Source: Pseudomonas aeruginosa PAO1
GTDB lineage: Bacteria; Pseudomonadota; Gammaproteobacteria; Pseudomonadales; Pseudomonadaceae
Reading direction: 5' to 3' (one strand)
DNA length: 64,000 bases
NCBI RefSeq assembly: GCF_000006765.1
Contig: NC_002516.2
The notes beneath the pieces were generated by a model. It made no database searches. It had not been told where the DNA came from and saw nothing but the letters and a program-made list of their open reading frames with translations. Of this stretch, positions 1 through 10,087 are shown piece after piece. Within the stretch, counting starts at the first letter, position 1; each line of letters opens with the position of its first letter. The position numbers and the translations under genes are program-made.

Positions 1-147
1 GTTGTCCCACTCGCCCTCGACCTTCAGCTCCGGGTCCAGGTCGCGCAGCACCGCGCGGATGTTCTTCGCCAACTGCCGGATGAAGCGCTTGCGCACCGGC
101 CGGCTCTTGATGGTGATTTCCTGGAAGGTCTTGACGATGAGTTTCAT
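1..147 (-). CDS. thiI: tRNA 4-thiouridine synthase ThiI, N-terminal part (runs off the window)
   Basis: Manual translation from CAT at 145-147 gives [49 protein letters not shown], the typical ThiI N-terminus; divergent from glnA. Confidence 0.9.
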   Translation of the reverse strand, partial: MKLIVKTFQEITIKSRPVRKRFIRQLAKNIRAVLRDLDPELKVEGEWDN

Positions 148-245
148 GCGAGGGACGCGAACGCGCGGGGCGACGGAAAAAAAGGGGCGGAATTATATCT
201 GAAATTGCTCACGTATTGAGCAGAAATATGCACAGTTATTTTTGC

Positions 246-293
246 TGCACCAAAATGGAATGATGCACCAACATGGAGCACCATAACGGTGCA
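246..293 (+). promoter_or_regulatory. NtrC-binding sites upstream of glnA
   Basis: TGCACCAAAATGGAATG (246-262), TGCACCAACATGGAGCA (264-280) and AGCACCATAACGGTGCA (277-293) versus consensus TGCACCA-N3-TGGTGCA. Confidence 0.85.
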
Positions 294-366
294 CCCGAAG
301 GCCGCCCAGCTACCCTGAAGAAGACCTGGCCCCGCCAAACATGGGGCCCTGCCCGATTCCGGGCAC

Positions 367-382
367 TGGCACGCAACTTGCT
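367..382 (+). promoter_or_regulatory. sigma54 (-24/-12) promoter of glnA
   Basis: TGGCACGCAACTTGCT, GG-N10-GC. Confidence 0.92.
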
Positions 383-483
383 CACTTGTGAGGCAGGTTG
401 CCCTGGCGGAGTATTCCGGCCGGCATCACCCGATACTGGGGCACAGAAAAAGCTCCCAGCTCTAATCCCTCCTGGAGGACAGC

Positions 484-1893
484 ATGTCGTACAAGTCGCA
501 CCAACTGATCAAAGACCATGACGTGAAGTGGGTAGACCTGCGCTTCACCGATACCAAGGGCAAGCAGCAACACGTCACCATGCCGGCTCGCGACGCGCTG
601 GACGATGAGTTCTTCGAAGCCGGCAAGATGTTCGACGGCTCCTCCATCGCCGGCTGGAAAGGCATCGAAGCCTCCGACATGATCCTGATGCCGGACGACA
701 GCACCGCCGTCCTCGATCCGTTCACCGAAGAGCCGACCCTGATCCTGGTCTGCGACATCATCGAGCCGAGCACCATGCAAGGCTACGAGCGCGACCCGCG
801 CAACATCGCCAAGCGCGCCGAGGAGTACCTGAAGTCCACCGGCATCGGCGACACCGTGTTCGTCGGCCCGGAGCCGGAGTTCTTCATCTTCGACGAAGTG
901 AAGTTCAAGTCCGACATCTCCGGCTCGATGTTCAAGATCTTCTCCGAGCAGGCTTCCTGGAACACCGACGCCGACATCGAGTCCGGCAACAAGGGCCATC
1001 GCCCGGGCGTGAAGGGCGGCTACTTCCCGGTACCGCCGGTCGACCACGACCATGAAATCCGCACCGCCATGTGCAACGCCCTGGAAGAAATGGGCCTGGT
1101 GGTCGAAGTCCACCACCACGAAGTGGCAACCGCCGGCCAGAACGAGATCGGCGTGAAGTTCAACACCCTGGTCGCCAAGGCCGACGAAGTGCAGACCCTG
1201 AAGTACTGCGTGCACAACGTCGCCGACGCCTACGGCAAGACCGTGACCTTCATGCCGAAGCCGCTGTACGGCGACAACGGTTCGGGCATGCACGTGCACA
1301 TGTCGATCTCCAAGGACGGCAAGAACACCTTCGCCGGCGAAGGCTATGCCGGCCTGTCCGAGACCGCCCTGTACTTCATCGGCGGCATCATCAAGCACGG
1401 CAAGGCCCTGAACGGCTTCACCAACCCCTCGACCAACTCCTACAAGCGCCTGGTCCCGGGCTTCGAAGCTCCGGTGATGCTGGCCTACTCGGCGCGCAAC
1501 CGTTCCGCCTCGATCCGTATCCCCTACGTATCCAGCCCGAAGGCCCGCCGTATCGAAGCGCGCTTCCCGGACCCGGCAGCCAACCCCTACCTGGCCTTCG
1601 CCGCGCTGCTGATGGCCGGCCTGGACGGCATCCAGAACAAGATCCACCCCGGCGATGCCGCCGACAAGAACCTGTACGACCTGCCGCCGGAAGAGGCGAA
1701 GGAAATCCCGCAGGTTTGCGGCAGCCTGAAAGAGGCGCTGGAAGAACTCGACAAGGGCCGCGCGTTCCTGACCAAGGGCGGCGTGTTCACCGACGAGTTC
1801 ATCGATGCCTACATCGAGCTGAAGAGCGAAGAAGAGATCAAGGTGCGCACCTTCGTGCACCCGCTGGAATACGACCTGTACTACAGCGTCTGA
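484..1893 (+). CDS. glnA: glutamine synthetase type I
   Basis: 469 aa; [29 protein letters not shown] and RIEARFPDP motifs; C-terminal adenylylation region; GGAGGA RBS. Confidence 0.99.
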   Translation: MSYKSHQLIKDHDVKWVDLRFTDTKGKQQHVTMPARDALDDEFFEAGKMFDGSSIAGWKGIEASDMILMPDDSTAVLDPFTEEPTLILVCDIIEPSTMQGYERDPRNIAKRAEEYLKSTGIGDTVFVGPEPEFFIFDEVKFKSDISGSMFKIFSEQASWNTDADIESGNKGHRPGVKGGYFPVPPVDHDHEIRTAMCNALEEMGLVVEVHHHEVATAGQNEIGVKFNTLVAKADEVQTLKYCVHNVADAYGKTVTFMPKPLYGDNGSGMHVHMSISKDGKNTFAGEGYAGLSETALYFIGGIIKHGKALNGFTNPSTNSYKRLVPGFEAPVMLAYSARNRSASIRIPYVSSPKARRIEARFPDPAANPYLAFAALLMAGLDGIQNKIHPGDAADKNLYDLPPEEAKEIPQVCGSLKEALEELDKGRAFLTKGGVFTDEFIDAYIELKSEEEIKVRTFVHPLEYDLYYSV

Positions 1894-1928
1894 TCCACCC
1901 TTTCCTATAACAACGAGTCACCCTCTTG

Positions 1929-1953
1929 AGGCCTCCTTCGGGAGGCCTTTTTT
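1929..1953 (+). terminator. intrinsic terminator of glnA
   Basis: AGGCCTCC-TTCG-GGAGGCCT followed by a T run. Confidence 0.92.
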
Positions 1954-2040
1954 ATGGGCCGGCCCATGGAGAAACGCAAAGTTCGCCGCGCCGTTCGGTT
2001 AGACTTGCCGCGCTCCCCGCCCCAAGGATAAGGACCGTCC

Positions 2041-2445
2041 ATGCGTCACTCTCTCTGGCTCCTGCTTGCCGCCATCCTCAGCCTGCCCGCCCAGGCCGGC
2101 ACCGAATGCCGCGATATCCACGACCGCGACCTGCGGCGCATGTGCAACGCACTGGAACGCGGCGACAGCGGGGATTGCGGCGACATCGACAGCCGCGACA
2201 TGCGGCGTTACTGCGGCGCGCTGCTGGCGCCGGGACAGCGCTACGACTGCGACGACATCCGCGACGGCGACACGCGCCGCCAGTGCCGCGCCATCGTCCG
2301 CGGCGACCGCAAGCGCTGCGACGACATCGACAGCCGCGACATGCGCCGCCAGTGCCGGGCCGTGGTATCGCGTGCGCCGTGGCAGTGCGACGGCATCGAC
2401 GACCGCGACATGCGCCGCATCTGCCGGGTCATCCTGTCGCGCTAG
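2041..2445 (+). CDS. secreted Cys/Asp/Arg-rich repeat protein (PA5120-like hypothetical)
   Basis: 134 aa; signal peptide ending LPAQA; five C-x11-C repeats; AAGGA RBS. Confidence 0.85.
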   Translation: MRHSLWLLLAAILSLPAQAGTECRDIHDRDLRRMCNALERGDSGDCGDIDSRDMRRYCGALLAPGQRYDCDDIRDGDTRRQCRAIVRGDRKRCDDIDSRDMRRQCRAVVSRAPWQCDGIDDRDMRRICRVILSR

Positions 2446-4649
2446 ATGCCGCCGTCCGCCGGCGTGCCCTGCTCGTCCGGTTCCGCGGATTTCGCCTTGG
2501 GCGCCCGGCTCAACTGTACGTTGAGACGCGGCATGGACAGTTCGAGGCCGGCCTGGTCGAGGCGCCGACGCAGGCGCAGGTTGAACGCCCGCTGGACCTC
2601 CCACTGCTTGATCGGCGCGGTCTTGAAGCGGAAGCGCAGGATCGCCTGGCCGTTGTCGAAACTCTCCACGCCCTGCAATTCCATCGGCGACCACAGGTTG
2701 CGGTAGACCGCCGGGTCGCTGCGCAGCTCCATCGCGACCTCGCGCACCAGCGCCACCGCGTCGTCGATCGGCATGCTCGCCGGCACCGGCCAGCGGAACA
2801 TCGCGTAGCCGAACTGGCGCGAGTAGTTCTTGATGCTCTTGATCTCGCTGAACGGGATGGTATGCACCACGCCGTCCAGGTCGCGCAGGCGCACGGTACG
2901 GATAGTCAGGCCCTCGACCGTGCCAAGGTGGCCGCCGACGTCGACGTAGTCGTCGATCGACAGCGAGTCCTCGATGATGATGAACAGGCCGGTGATCAGG
3001 TCCGCCACCAGCGACTGCGCACCGAAGCCGATGGCCAGGCCGATCACGCCGGCACCGGCCAGCAGCGGGGTGACGTTCATGCCCATGTTGGCCAGGGCGA
3101 CGATCAGGGCGATCACCGCGATGGTGGCGAACAGTACGTTGCGGATCAGCGGCAGCATGGTCAGCGCGCGGGTGTTCGGCCGGCTCTTGCCGCCCAGGCC
3201 GAGGCTGTGCTGGATCGCGGTATCGGTGAGGATCCAGATCAGCCAGGCGACCAGCAGGGTGGTGCCGAAGCTGACTACCTTCATGCTGATCTGCTCGCCC
3301 TCGCCTTCCGCATAGCGAATCAGCGACATGCCCCAGACGCGCAAGGCGACCTCGATGAAGAACAGCACCACGAAGATGTGCAGCAGGGTGTAGCCGAAGC
3401 TTTGCAACTGCTCGATGTACGGCGCGCTGCGGCGCGGGCCGGCGCCGACCCGACTGGAACGGCGGCGGATCAGCCCGATCACGGTCATCGCCACCACCGC
3501 CAGCACCGCGCAGACCAGCGCCCGGCGCAACGCCGAACTGCTGTCGCCGGCGGAAACGAAGGTGGCGAATAGGGAAATCCCCACCAGCACCAGCACCGGC
3601 ACGAACCACAGCGAGCCGACCAGTTGCACCAGGTCGTGCAGGCTACGGCGCTTGAGGCGGCGCTCCAGCGGCTGGTTGCGGATCAGGTGGGCGATCGGCC
3701 GGCGGAAACGCATCACGAACAGCGCGGTGAACAGCGCGGCGCTGGCGTTGGCCAGGGTACTCAGGCAGATCGAGGTGTGCTCGCCGAGGCCGGCGATCAG
3801 CCGCGGATCGTGGGCGACCTCGCCCAGCGCGGCGAGGCTGCCGATCAGCCACAACGGGCGGAACGCCTGGCGCCGCAGGATATCCAGGGCGCGCTGGCGG
3901 TGCGGGCCGCTGAGCAGCGAGAGGGAAATCACGCACAGCGCGGAGAACAGCGTGCCGCAGACCAGCACATAGGCCATGACCATCGCCAGGGTCTTGCTCA
4001 GGGAGTCCGGCAGCACCACCGACAGGTACAGGGTGATGAGGAAGGCCACCAGCCAGGGGCCCAGCTTGCGCAGGGAAAACAGCAGCAGGTCGCGGGTCTT
4101 CGGATGCTGCGGCAACTCCGCCGACAGGCCGAAGCGCTCGCGCATGCGCCGGCTGAGCCAGAGCAGCGCGCTGGCCAGGCAGGCCCAGAGGAGGATCACC
4201 ACCGAAAAATCGAAGACCATCGCCGGCAGGTCGCGCCAGCTGGGAAAGCGCTCCTCGAGTTCGGCACGCGCCAGCTGGAACTGGTTGCCCCATAACGCGA
4301 CCGGGCTGTTCGCGCCCTGGAACTGCTTTTCCAGGCTGGTCAGGGTATCGCCGATCAGCCCCAGCACCCCACCCTCGCTTTCCTTGCCTTTCTTGGTCAC
4401 GTCCCGCAGCTGTTTCAGCTTTTTCAGCAGGTCGGCGCGCTGCCTGTCGTTCTCCAGGGTCTGGATGACCTGGTTCAGCGATTGTTCCAACTGCGCATCG
4501 CTGACCTTCTCGCCACCGGAGGAACTCCCCGCCAACGGGTTCGGCAGCGCCGCGGCGCCCGGCGGCGAGTAGAACAGGGCGGCGCAGAGGCACAGCAGCA
4601 GGGCCGCCAGGACGCGGGAGCGAAGGGTGAAGCGGGCGATGATCGGCAC
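2442..4649 (-). CDS. large MscS-family mechanosensitive channel (YbiO-like); start uncertain (GTG 4649 or ATG 4691/4694)
   Basis: Many TM segments then the MscS core LAGAGVIGLAIGFGAQSLVADLITGLFII...GTVEGLTIRTVRLRDLDG. Confidence 0.9.
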   Translation of the reverse strand: MPIIARFTLRSRVLAALLLCLCAALFYSPPGAAALPNPLAGSSSGGEKVSDAQLEQSLNQVIQTLENDRQRADLLKKLKQLRDVTKKGKESEGGVLGLIGDTLTSLEKQFQGANSPVALWGNQFQLARAELEERFPSWRDLPAMVFDFSVVILLWACLASALLWLSRRMRERFGLSAELPQHPKTRDLLLFSLRKLGPWLVAFLITLYLSVVLPDSLSKTLAMVMAYVLVCGTLFSALCVISLSLLSGPHRQRALDILRRQAFRPLWLIGSLAALGEVAHDPRLIAGLGEHTSICLSTLANASAALFTALFVMRFRRPIAHLIRNQPLERRLKRRSLHDLVQLVGSLWFVPVLVLVGISLFATFVSAGDSSSALRRALVCAVLAVVAMTVIGLIRRRSSRVGAGPRRSAPYIEQLQSFGYTLLHIFVVLFFIEVALRVWGMSLIRYAEGEGEQISMKVVSFGTTLLVAWLIWILTDTAIQHSLGLGGKSRPNTRALTMLPLIRNVLFATIAVIALIVALANMGMNVTPLLAGAGVIGLAIGFGAQSLVADLITGLFIIIEDSLSIDDYVDVGGHLGTVEGLTIRTVRLRDLDGVVHTIPFSEIKSIKNYSRQFGYAMFRWPVPASMPIDDAVALVREVAMELRSDPAVYRNLWSPMELQGVESFDNGQAILRFRFKTAPIKQWEVQRAFNLRLRRRLDQAGLELSMPRLNVQLSRAPKAKSAEPDEQGTPADGGI

Positions 4650-4936
4650 GAGAAAGGCAGTCCCCAAGGTGAGAAACCGAAACAGCCGCATCATACAAGC
4701 CGGACACCCGCCGTTTCGAACGGGGCCGCCGGCCGGCGGCGCAAGCACAGACACTCTGGCGCAACGAGGGTTCGCCCCGCCAGTGCCGGCTGAGACGAAC
4801 GCAGCCGCGCGGCGGGGCACAGCGACCGCCAACGTGCCCCAGCGCACACCTTCGAATACCCGCATGCCGCACAATGCACGGCTTGCCAGCGCGCCGATGC
4901 GGTGCAACGCTTGGCAGGTTCACCCGGAGACCGTCC

Positions 4937-5458
4937 ATGCGCCTGATCACCAGCTGCCTGCTCCTGGCCGCCGCCCTGCCGGCCATGGCGCAGATCTACC
5001 AATACACCGACGCCAACGGCAACAAGGTATTCACCAACCAGCCGCCAGACGGGGTGCAGGCGCAGACCGTCGAACTGCAGCCGACCAATACCGTAGGAAT
5101 CGACACGCCGGAAAAGTCCTCCGCGGGCAATGCCCCGGCCGCCGATAGCGAGGCCGCCGCCTACGAGATCCTTGCCCTCAGCGACCTCCCCACGGAAGAG
5201 GCGCTGCGCGCCAACAACGGCACCTTCAACGTCAGCGTCAGCATCCGCCCGGCCCTGCACAGCGGCCACCAGTTGCAACTGGTGCTGGACGGCAAACCCT
5301 ACGGCACGCCCAGCGGCGGCACCCGCTTCACCCTGCACGAGATCGACCGCGGCGACCACAGCCTCGCGGTACAGGTACTCAACGGCGAACGGGTGCTGCA
5401 ATCCAGCCCGCCGGTGACCTTCACCGTGCAGCGCGTGCACCTCGGGAAGAAACGATGA
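4937..5458 (+). CDS. exported DUF4124-domain protein with C-terminal beta-rich domain (PA5122-like)
   Basis: Signal peptide then QIYQYTDANGNKVFTNQPP (DUF4124 signature). Confidence 0.85.
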   Translation: MRLITSCLLLAAALPAMAQIYQYTDANGNKVFTNQPPDGVQAQTVELQPTNTVGIDTPEKSSAGNAPAADSEAAAYEILALSDLPTEEALRANNGTFNVSVSIRPALHSGHQLQLVLDGKPYGTPSGGTRFTLHEIDRGDHSLAVQVLNGERVLQSSPPVTFTVQRVHLGKKR

Positions 5459-6027
5459 TCCCGCGCATTCTCGGCGCCCTCCTGCTGTGCCTGGCCTGCG
5501 CCGCGCAAGCGGGGGTCTACACCTACATCGACGCCGAGGGCAACCGCGTCTACACCGACCAGCCGCCCAGCGGGCGCAAGGCCCAACGCGTCGAACTGGC
5601 GCCGGGCAACAGCGTGGCGCCGCCGGGCATACGCTATCGTCCGCCCGCCGCGCCGCTGGAGGTGAAGCCGCCGGCCTACCAGCTACTGCGCATCCTCTTC
5701 CCCGAACCGGACGCAACCCTGCGCGCCAACAGCGGCGACGTCATCGTCACCGTCACCAGCGAGCCGGCGCTGCTGCCCGGCCATCGCTATCGCCTGCTGC
5801 TCGACGGCAAGCCTGCCGGAGTGCCGGGACGCAGCCCGGTGTTCCCGTTGAAGAACCTCGATCGCGGCACCCACCAGGTCGCAGTGGAAATCATCGATGG
5901 CGACGGCATGACCGTCGAAAGCACCCCGAGCCAGCCCTTCCACCTGCATCGAGTGAGCATCGCCGGGCAACCCCTGCCGGAGGTCGATACGCCGCTGGTC
6001 AGCGCGATAGAGCCAAGCGAGCGCTAG
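5455..6027 (+). CDS. exported DUF4124-domain protein, paralog of the upstream gene (PA5123-like)
   Basis: Signal peptide then GVYTYIDAEGNRVYTDQPP; ATGA overlap with the upstream paralog. Confidence 0.85.
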   Translation: MIPRILGALLLCLACAAQAGVYTYIDAEGNRVYTDQPPSGRKAQRVELAPGNSVAPPGIRYRPPAAPLEVKPPAYQLLRILFPEPDATLRANSGDVIVTVTSEPALLPGHRYRLLLDGKPAGVPGRSPVFPLKNLDRGTHQVAVEIIDGDGMTVESTPSQPFHLHRVSIAGQPLPEVDTPLVSAIEPSER

Positions 6028-6115
6028 CCGAACTTCCCCTGCCCACTCCACGGTGGGCGGGATTTTCCGGTTTTTTTCCCGACTCTCCTGGCGAAAACGC
6101 CGCCGGCCACGCCAA

Positions 6116-6156
6116 CGCACCAGATTGGTGCGATTACCCGCACCACTTTCTATACT
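6116..6156 (+). promoter_or_regulatory. ntrBC promoter region: palindromic NtrC site next to a sigma70 -10 box
   Basis: CGCACCA-GAT-TGGTGCG (6116-6132), half site CGCACCA (6139-6145), TATACT (6151-6156). Confidence 0.7.
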
Positions 6157-6297
6157 GTCCCCATTTCGGGTCACCGCTCGTCGCCGAAAACCTTCCCGGC
6201 GCACCTCTAGCCAGCGCCTCGGCAGAAAAAACGCGCCTTTTCGGCGCCTGGTTTGCTTTTTGCATTTTCCTGCCCAACCTTGGAACAGCTGCCCGCC

Positions 6298-7374
6298 ATG
6301 CCGACCGATACCCTGCACCGACTGTTGCTCGACAACCTGACCACCGCGGTGATCCTGCTCAACGGCGAACTGCGCCTGGAGTACATGAACCCGGCGGCGG
6401 AGATGCTCCTGGCCGTGAGCGGCCAGCGCAGCCACGGGCAATTCATCAGCGAGCTGTTCACCGAATCGCCGGAAGCCTTGAACTCGCTGCGCCAGGCGGT
6501 GGAACAGGCACATCCGTTCACCAAGCGCGAAGCGACCCTGACCTCGATCACCGGCGTCAGCATCACGGTCGACTATGCGGTGACGCCCATCCTCAACCGC
6601 AACGAGACGCTGCTGCTGCTCGAGGTCCATCCGCGCGACCGGCTGATGCGGATCACCCGCGAAGAAGCGCAGTTGTCCAAGCAGGAGACCACCAAGCTGC
6701 TGGTGCGCGGGCTCGCCCACGAGATCAAGAACCCGCTCGGCGGCATCCGCGGCGCAGCGCAACTGCTGTCTCGCGAGTTGCCGGAAGAGTCGCTGAAGGA
6801 CTACACCAACGTCATCATCGAAGAAGCCGACCGGTTGCGGAACCTGGTGGACCGCATGCTCGGCTCGAACAAACTGCCGAACCTGGCGCCGACCAACATC
6901 CATGAAGTGCTGGAGCGGGTCAGCAGCCTGGTGGAAGCGGAGAGCCAGGGCAGCATCACCCTGGTCCGCGACTACGACCCGAGCATCCCCGACCTGCTGC
7001 TCGACCGCGAGCAAATGATCCAGGCCGTGCTCAACATGGTACGCAACGCCATGCAGGCGATCGCAGGGCAGAACGACCTGCGCCTCGGTCGCATCACCCT
7101 GCGCAGCCGTACCCTGCGCCAGTTCACCATCGGCCACACGCGTCACCGCCTGGTGTGCAAGGTGGAGATCATCGACAACGGCCCGGGCATTCCGGCCGAG
7201 CTCCAGGAAACCATCTTCTACCCCATGGTCAGCGGCCGTCCGGACGGTACCGGACTCGGCCTGGCCATCGCCCAGAACATCATCAGCCAGCACCAGGGGC
7301 TGATTGAATGCGAGAGCCACCCCGGCCATACCGTATTCAGTCTGTTCCTGCCCCTGGAACAAGGAGTGCATTGA
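6298..7374 (+). CDS. ntrB: nitrogen regulation sensor histidine kinase NtrB
   Basis: PAS domain, H-box LAHEIKNPLGGIRG, DNGPGIP and GTGLGL boxes. Confidence 0.98.
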   Translation: MPTDTLHRLLLDNLTTAVILLNGELRLEYMNPAAEMLLAVSGQRSHGQFISELFTESPEALNSLRQAVEQAHPFTKREATLTSITGVSITVDYAVTPILNRNETLLLLEVHPRDRLMRITREEAQLSKQETTKLLVRGLAHEIKNPLGGIRGAAQLLSRELPEESLKDYTNVIIEEADRLRNLVDRMLGSNKLPNLAPTNIHEVLERVSSLVEAESQGSITLVRDYDPSIPDLLLDREQMIQAVLNMVRNAMQAIAGQNDLRLGRITLRSRTLRQFTIGHTRHRLVCKVEIIDNGPGIPAELQETIFYPMVSGRPDGTGLGLAIAQNIISQHQGLIECESHPGHTVFSLFLPLEQGVH

Positions 7375-7376
7375 CC

Positions 7377-8807
<1,431 letters not shown>

Positions 8808-8833
8808 AGCGCCACTGCTCCCATGAGCGACCC

Positions 8834-8858
8834 AACGGGGCCTTCGGGCCCCGTTTTT
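8834..8858 (+). terminator. intrinsic terminator of ntrBC
   Basis: AACGGGGCC-TTCG-GGCCCCGTT-TTT. Confidence 0.9.
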
Positions 8859-8896
8859 CATGGTCCGTCGCGCGCCCGTACCAAGCGAGACGCCGC

Positions 8897-9140
8897 CCCA
8901 GCCTCGGCAGGGCGCCCGCCCGGAACCACCGGTCAAATCGTAGCGTAGGGCGAATAACCGCATCGCGGTTATCCGCCGATTGTGCAGGGCCGCGGCGGAT
9001 AACGCCTATGGCGTTATTCGCCCTACCGTCCGCAGCACAGCCCCAGCCTCGGCAGGGCGCCCGCCCGGCACCACCGGTCAAACCATGGCGTAGGGCGAAT
9101 AACCGCATCGCGGTTATCCGCCGGCTGTGCAGGGCAGCGG
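8897..9140. repeat. cluster of three GTAG-family REP elements within a ~144-bp tandem duplication (BIME-like)
   Basis: GTAGGGCGAATAACCGCATCGCGGTTATCCGCCG at 8945-8978 and 9090-9123; inverted variant at 8993-9026; flank CCCCAGCCTCGGCAGGGCGCCCGCCCGG repeated at 8897 and 9041. Confidence 0.88.
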
Positions 9141-9235
9141 CCCTTGCCCGGATTTTGGGCAGCGTGCACCAGCAGGCGACAAATCGGCATCAATCGCTGG
9201 CGGAAAAGCCCGCTCCGTCATTTTTCCGCAATCGA

Positions 9236-9325
9236 CTTCCCACAAACCCCTGGGATGCCGCCAAGCCCTTGATCCACGGGCTTCCAGAGGCATTCATCAC
9301 CAGCTCGCCCACAGACTTATCCACA
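9236..9325 (+). promoter_or_regulatory. array of co-oriented DnaA boxes (one perfect)
   Basis: TTATCCACA at 9317-9325; degenerate TCGCCCACA 9305, TCATCACCA 9294, TGATCCACG 9270, CTTCCCACA 9236. Confidence 0.55.
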
Positions 9326-9369
9326 ATCCTTCAGGAAAGCGAGCGCGCCGCCAGCGCGCTCATGAGAAT

Positions 9370-9385
9370 TGGCACAGCCCCTGCA
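9370..9385 (+). promoter_or_regulatory. sigma54 promoter of nrsZ
   Basis: TGGCACAGCCCCTGCA, GG-N10-GC. Confidence 0.85.
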
Positions 9386-9395
9386 TAGGAGCAGA

Positions 9396-9630
9396 TAACG
9401 AAGATTTCGGGGGCCTCGGTACAGGCAGGCTGGGGAATCCCCTCTTTTACACCCGGCGGCAGACGCAGCATCCGCGCGCAACCGCCACACCCGTTTCGGG
9501 GACCTCGGTACAGGCAGGCTGAGAACTCCCCTCTTTTATGCCCGGCGGTAGCGCAGCGATCCGCGCCTCCGCCCTCCCGTTTGGGGACCTCGGTACAGGC
9601 AGGCTGAGAATTCCCCCTTTTATTCCCGGC
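9396..9630 (+). ncRNA. nrsZ: nitrogen-regulated sRNA NrsZ (three stem-loop repeats); ends approximate
   Basis: Located between ntrC and PA5126 behind a sigma54 promoter; three repeats starting at 9405, 9494 and 9580, each folding GGGGA..CTCGG-[TACAGGCAGG]-CTGAG..TCCCC; matches the recalled description of NrsZ. Confidence 0.82.
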
Positions 9631-10087
9631 CGTCGCGCTCCTGCAGTTCGACGACGAGGCGCCAGCCCTCGCCATCCTCCGACCACTGCCAGCGCCCCTG
9701 CAAGGGGTGGGTCGAGACCAGGCTCAACAGCAGCGCCTTTCCCTCCTCGCGGAGGCGCCAGCGCAACGGCTGGCCCAGCCATCGCCCGTCTCCCTGCTGC
9801 GCCGCGCCCCGGGCGACGATGCGCAACGTCAGGGCACCCTCCACCCGTGCCGCCGTAACCGCAGCCTGGCGATCGAAGCGCAGGACCAGGCCCTGCTCGC
9901 TCTCCCCGACCGCCAGCAGTTGCGGCGCAGACGTCGGCAGCGAAGCGGGACCGAACAACCTGCCGAGCATCAGCCCGAACAACAACCCGGCAAGCACCAG
10001 CGCACCCCAGACTTTCCAGCGCTGGCGCCGCAGATCGTCGATGGCGGAGGTAGAATGCCGCCCGTTATCTGCTCCGGAGCCCTGCAT
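9620..10087 (-). CDS. membrane-anchored hypothetical protein (PA5126-like)
   Basis: 155 aa from ATG 10087; single TM segment WGALVLAGLLFGLMLG; stop codon overlaps the third nrsZ repeat. Confidence 0.75.
   Translation of the reverse strand: MQGSGADNGRHSTSAIDDLRRQRWKVWGALVLAGLLFGLMLGRLFGPASLPTSAPQLLAVGESEQGLVLRFDRQAAVTAARVEGALTLRIVARGAAQQGDGRWLGQPLRWRLREEGKALLLSLVSTHPLQGRWQWSEDGEGWRLVVELQERDGRE

Noticed and set aside
9405-9632. CRISPR-like repeat/spacer appearance
   Set aside because: Repeats are ~55 nt and only three, the linkers resemble each other, and there are no cas genes; a sigma54-driven multi-hairpin sRNA (NrsZ) explains it
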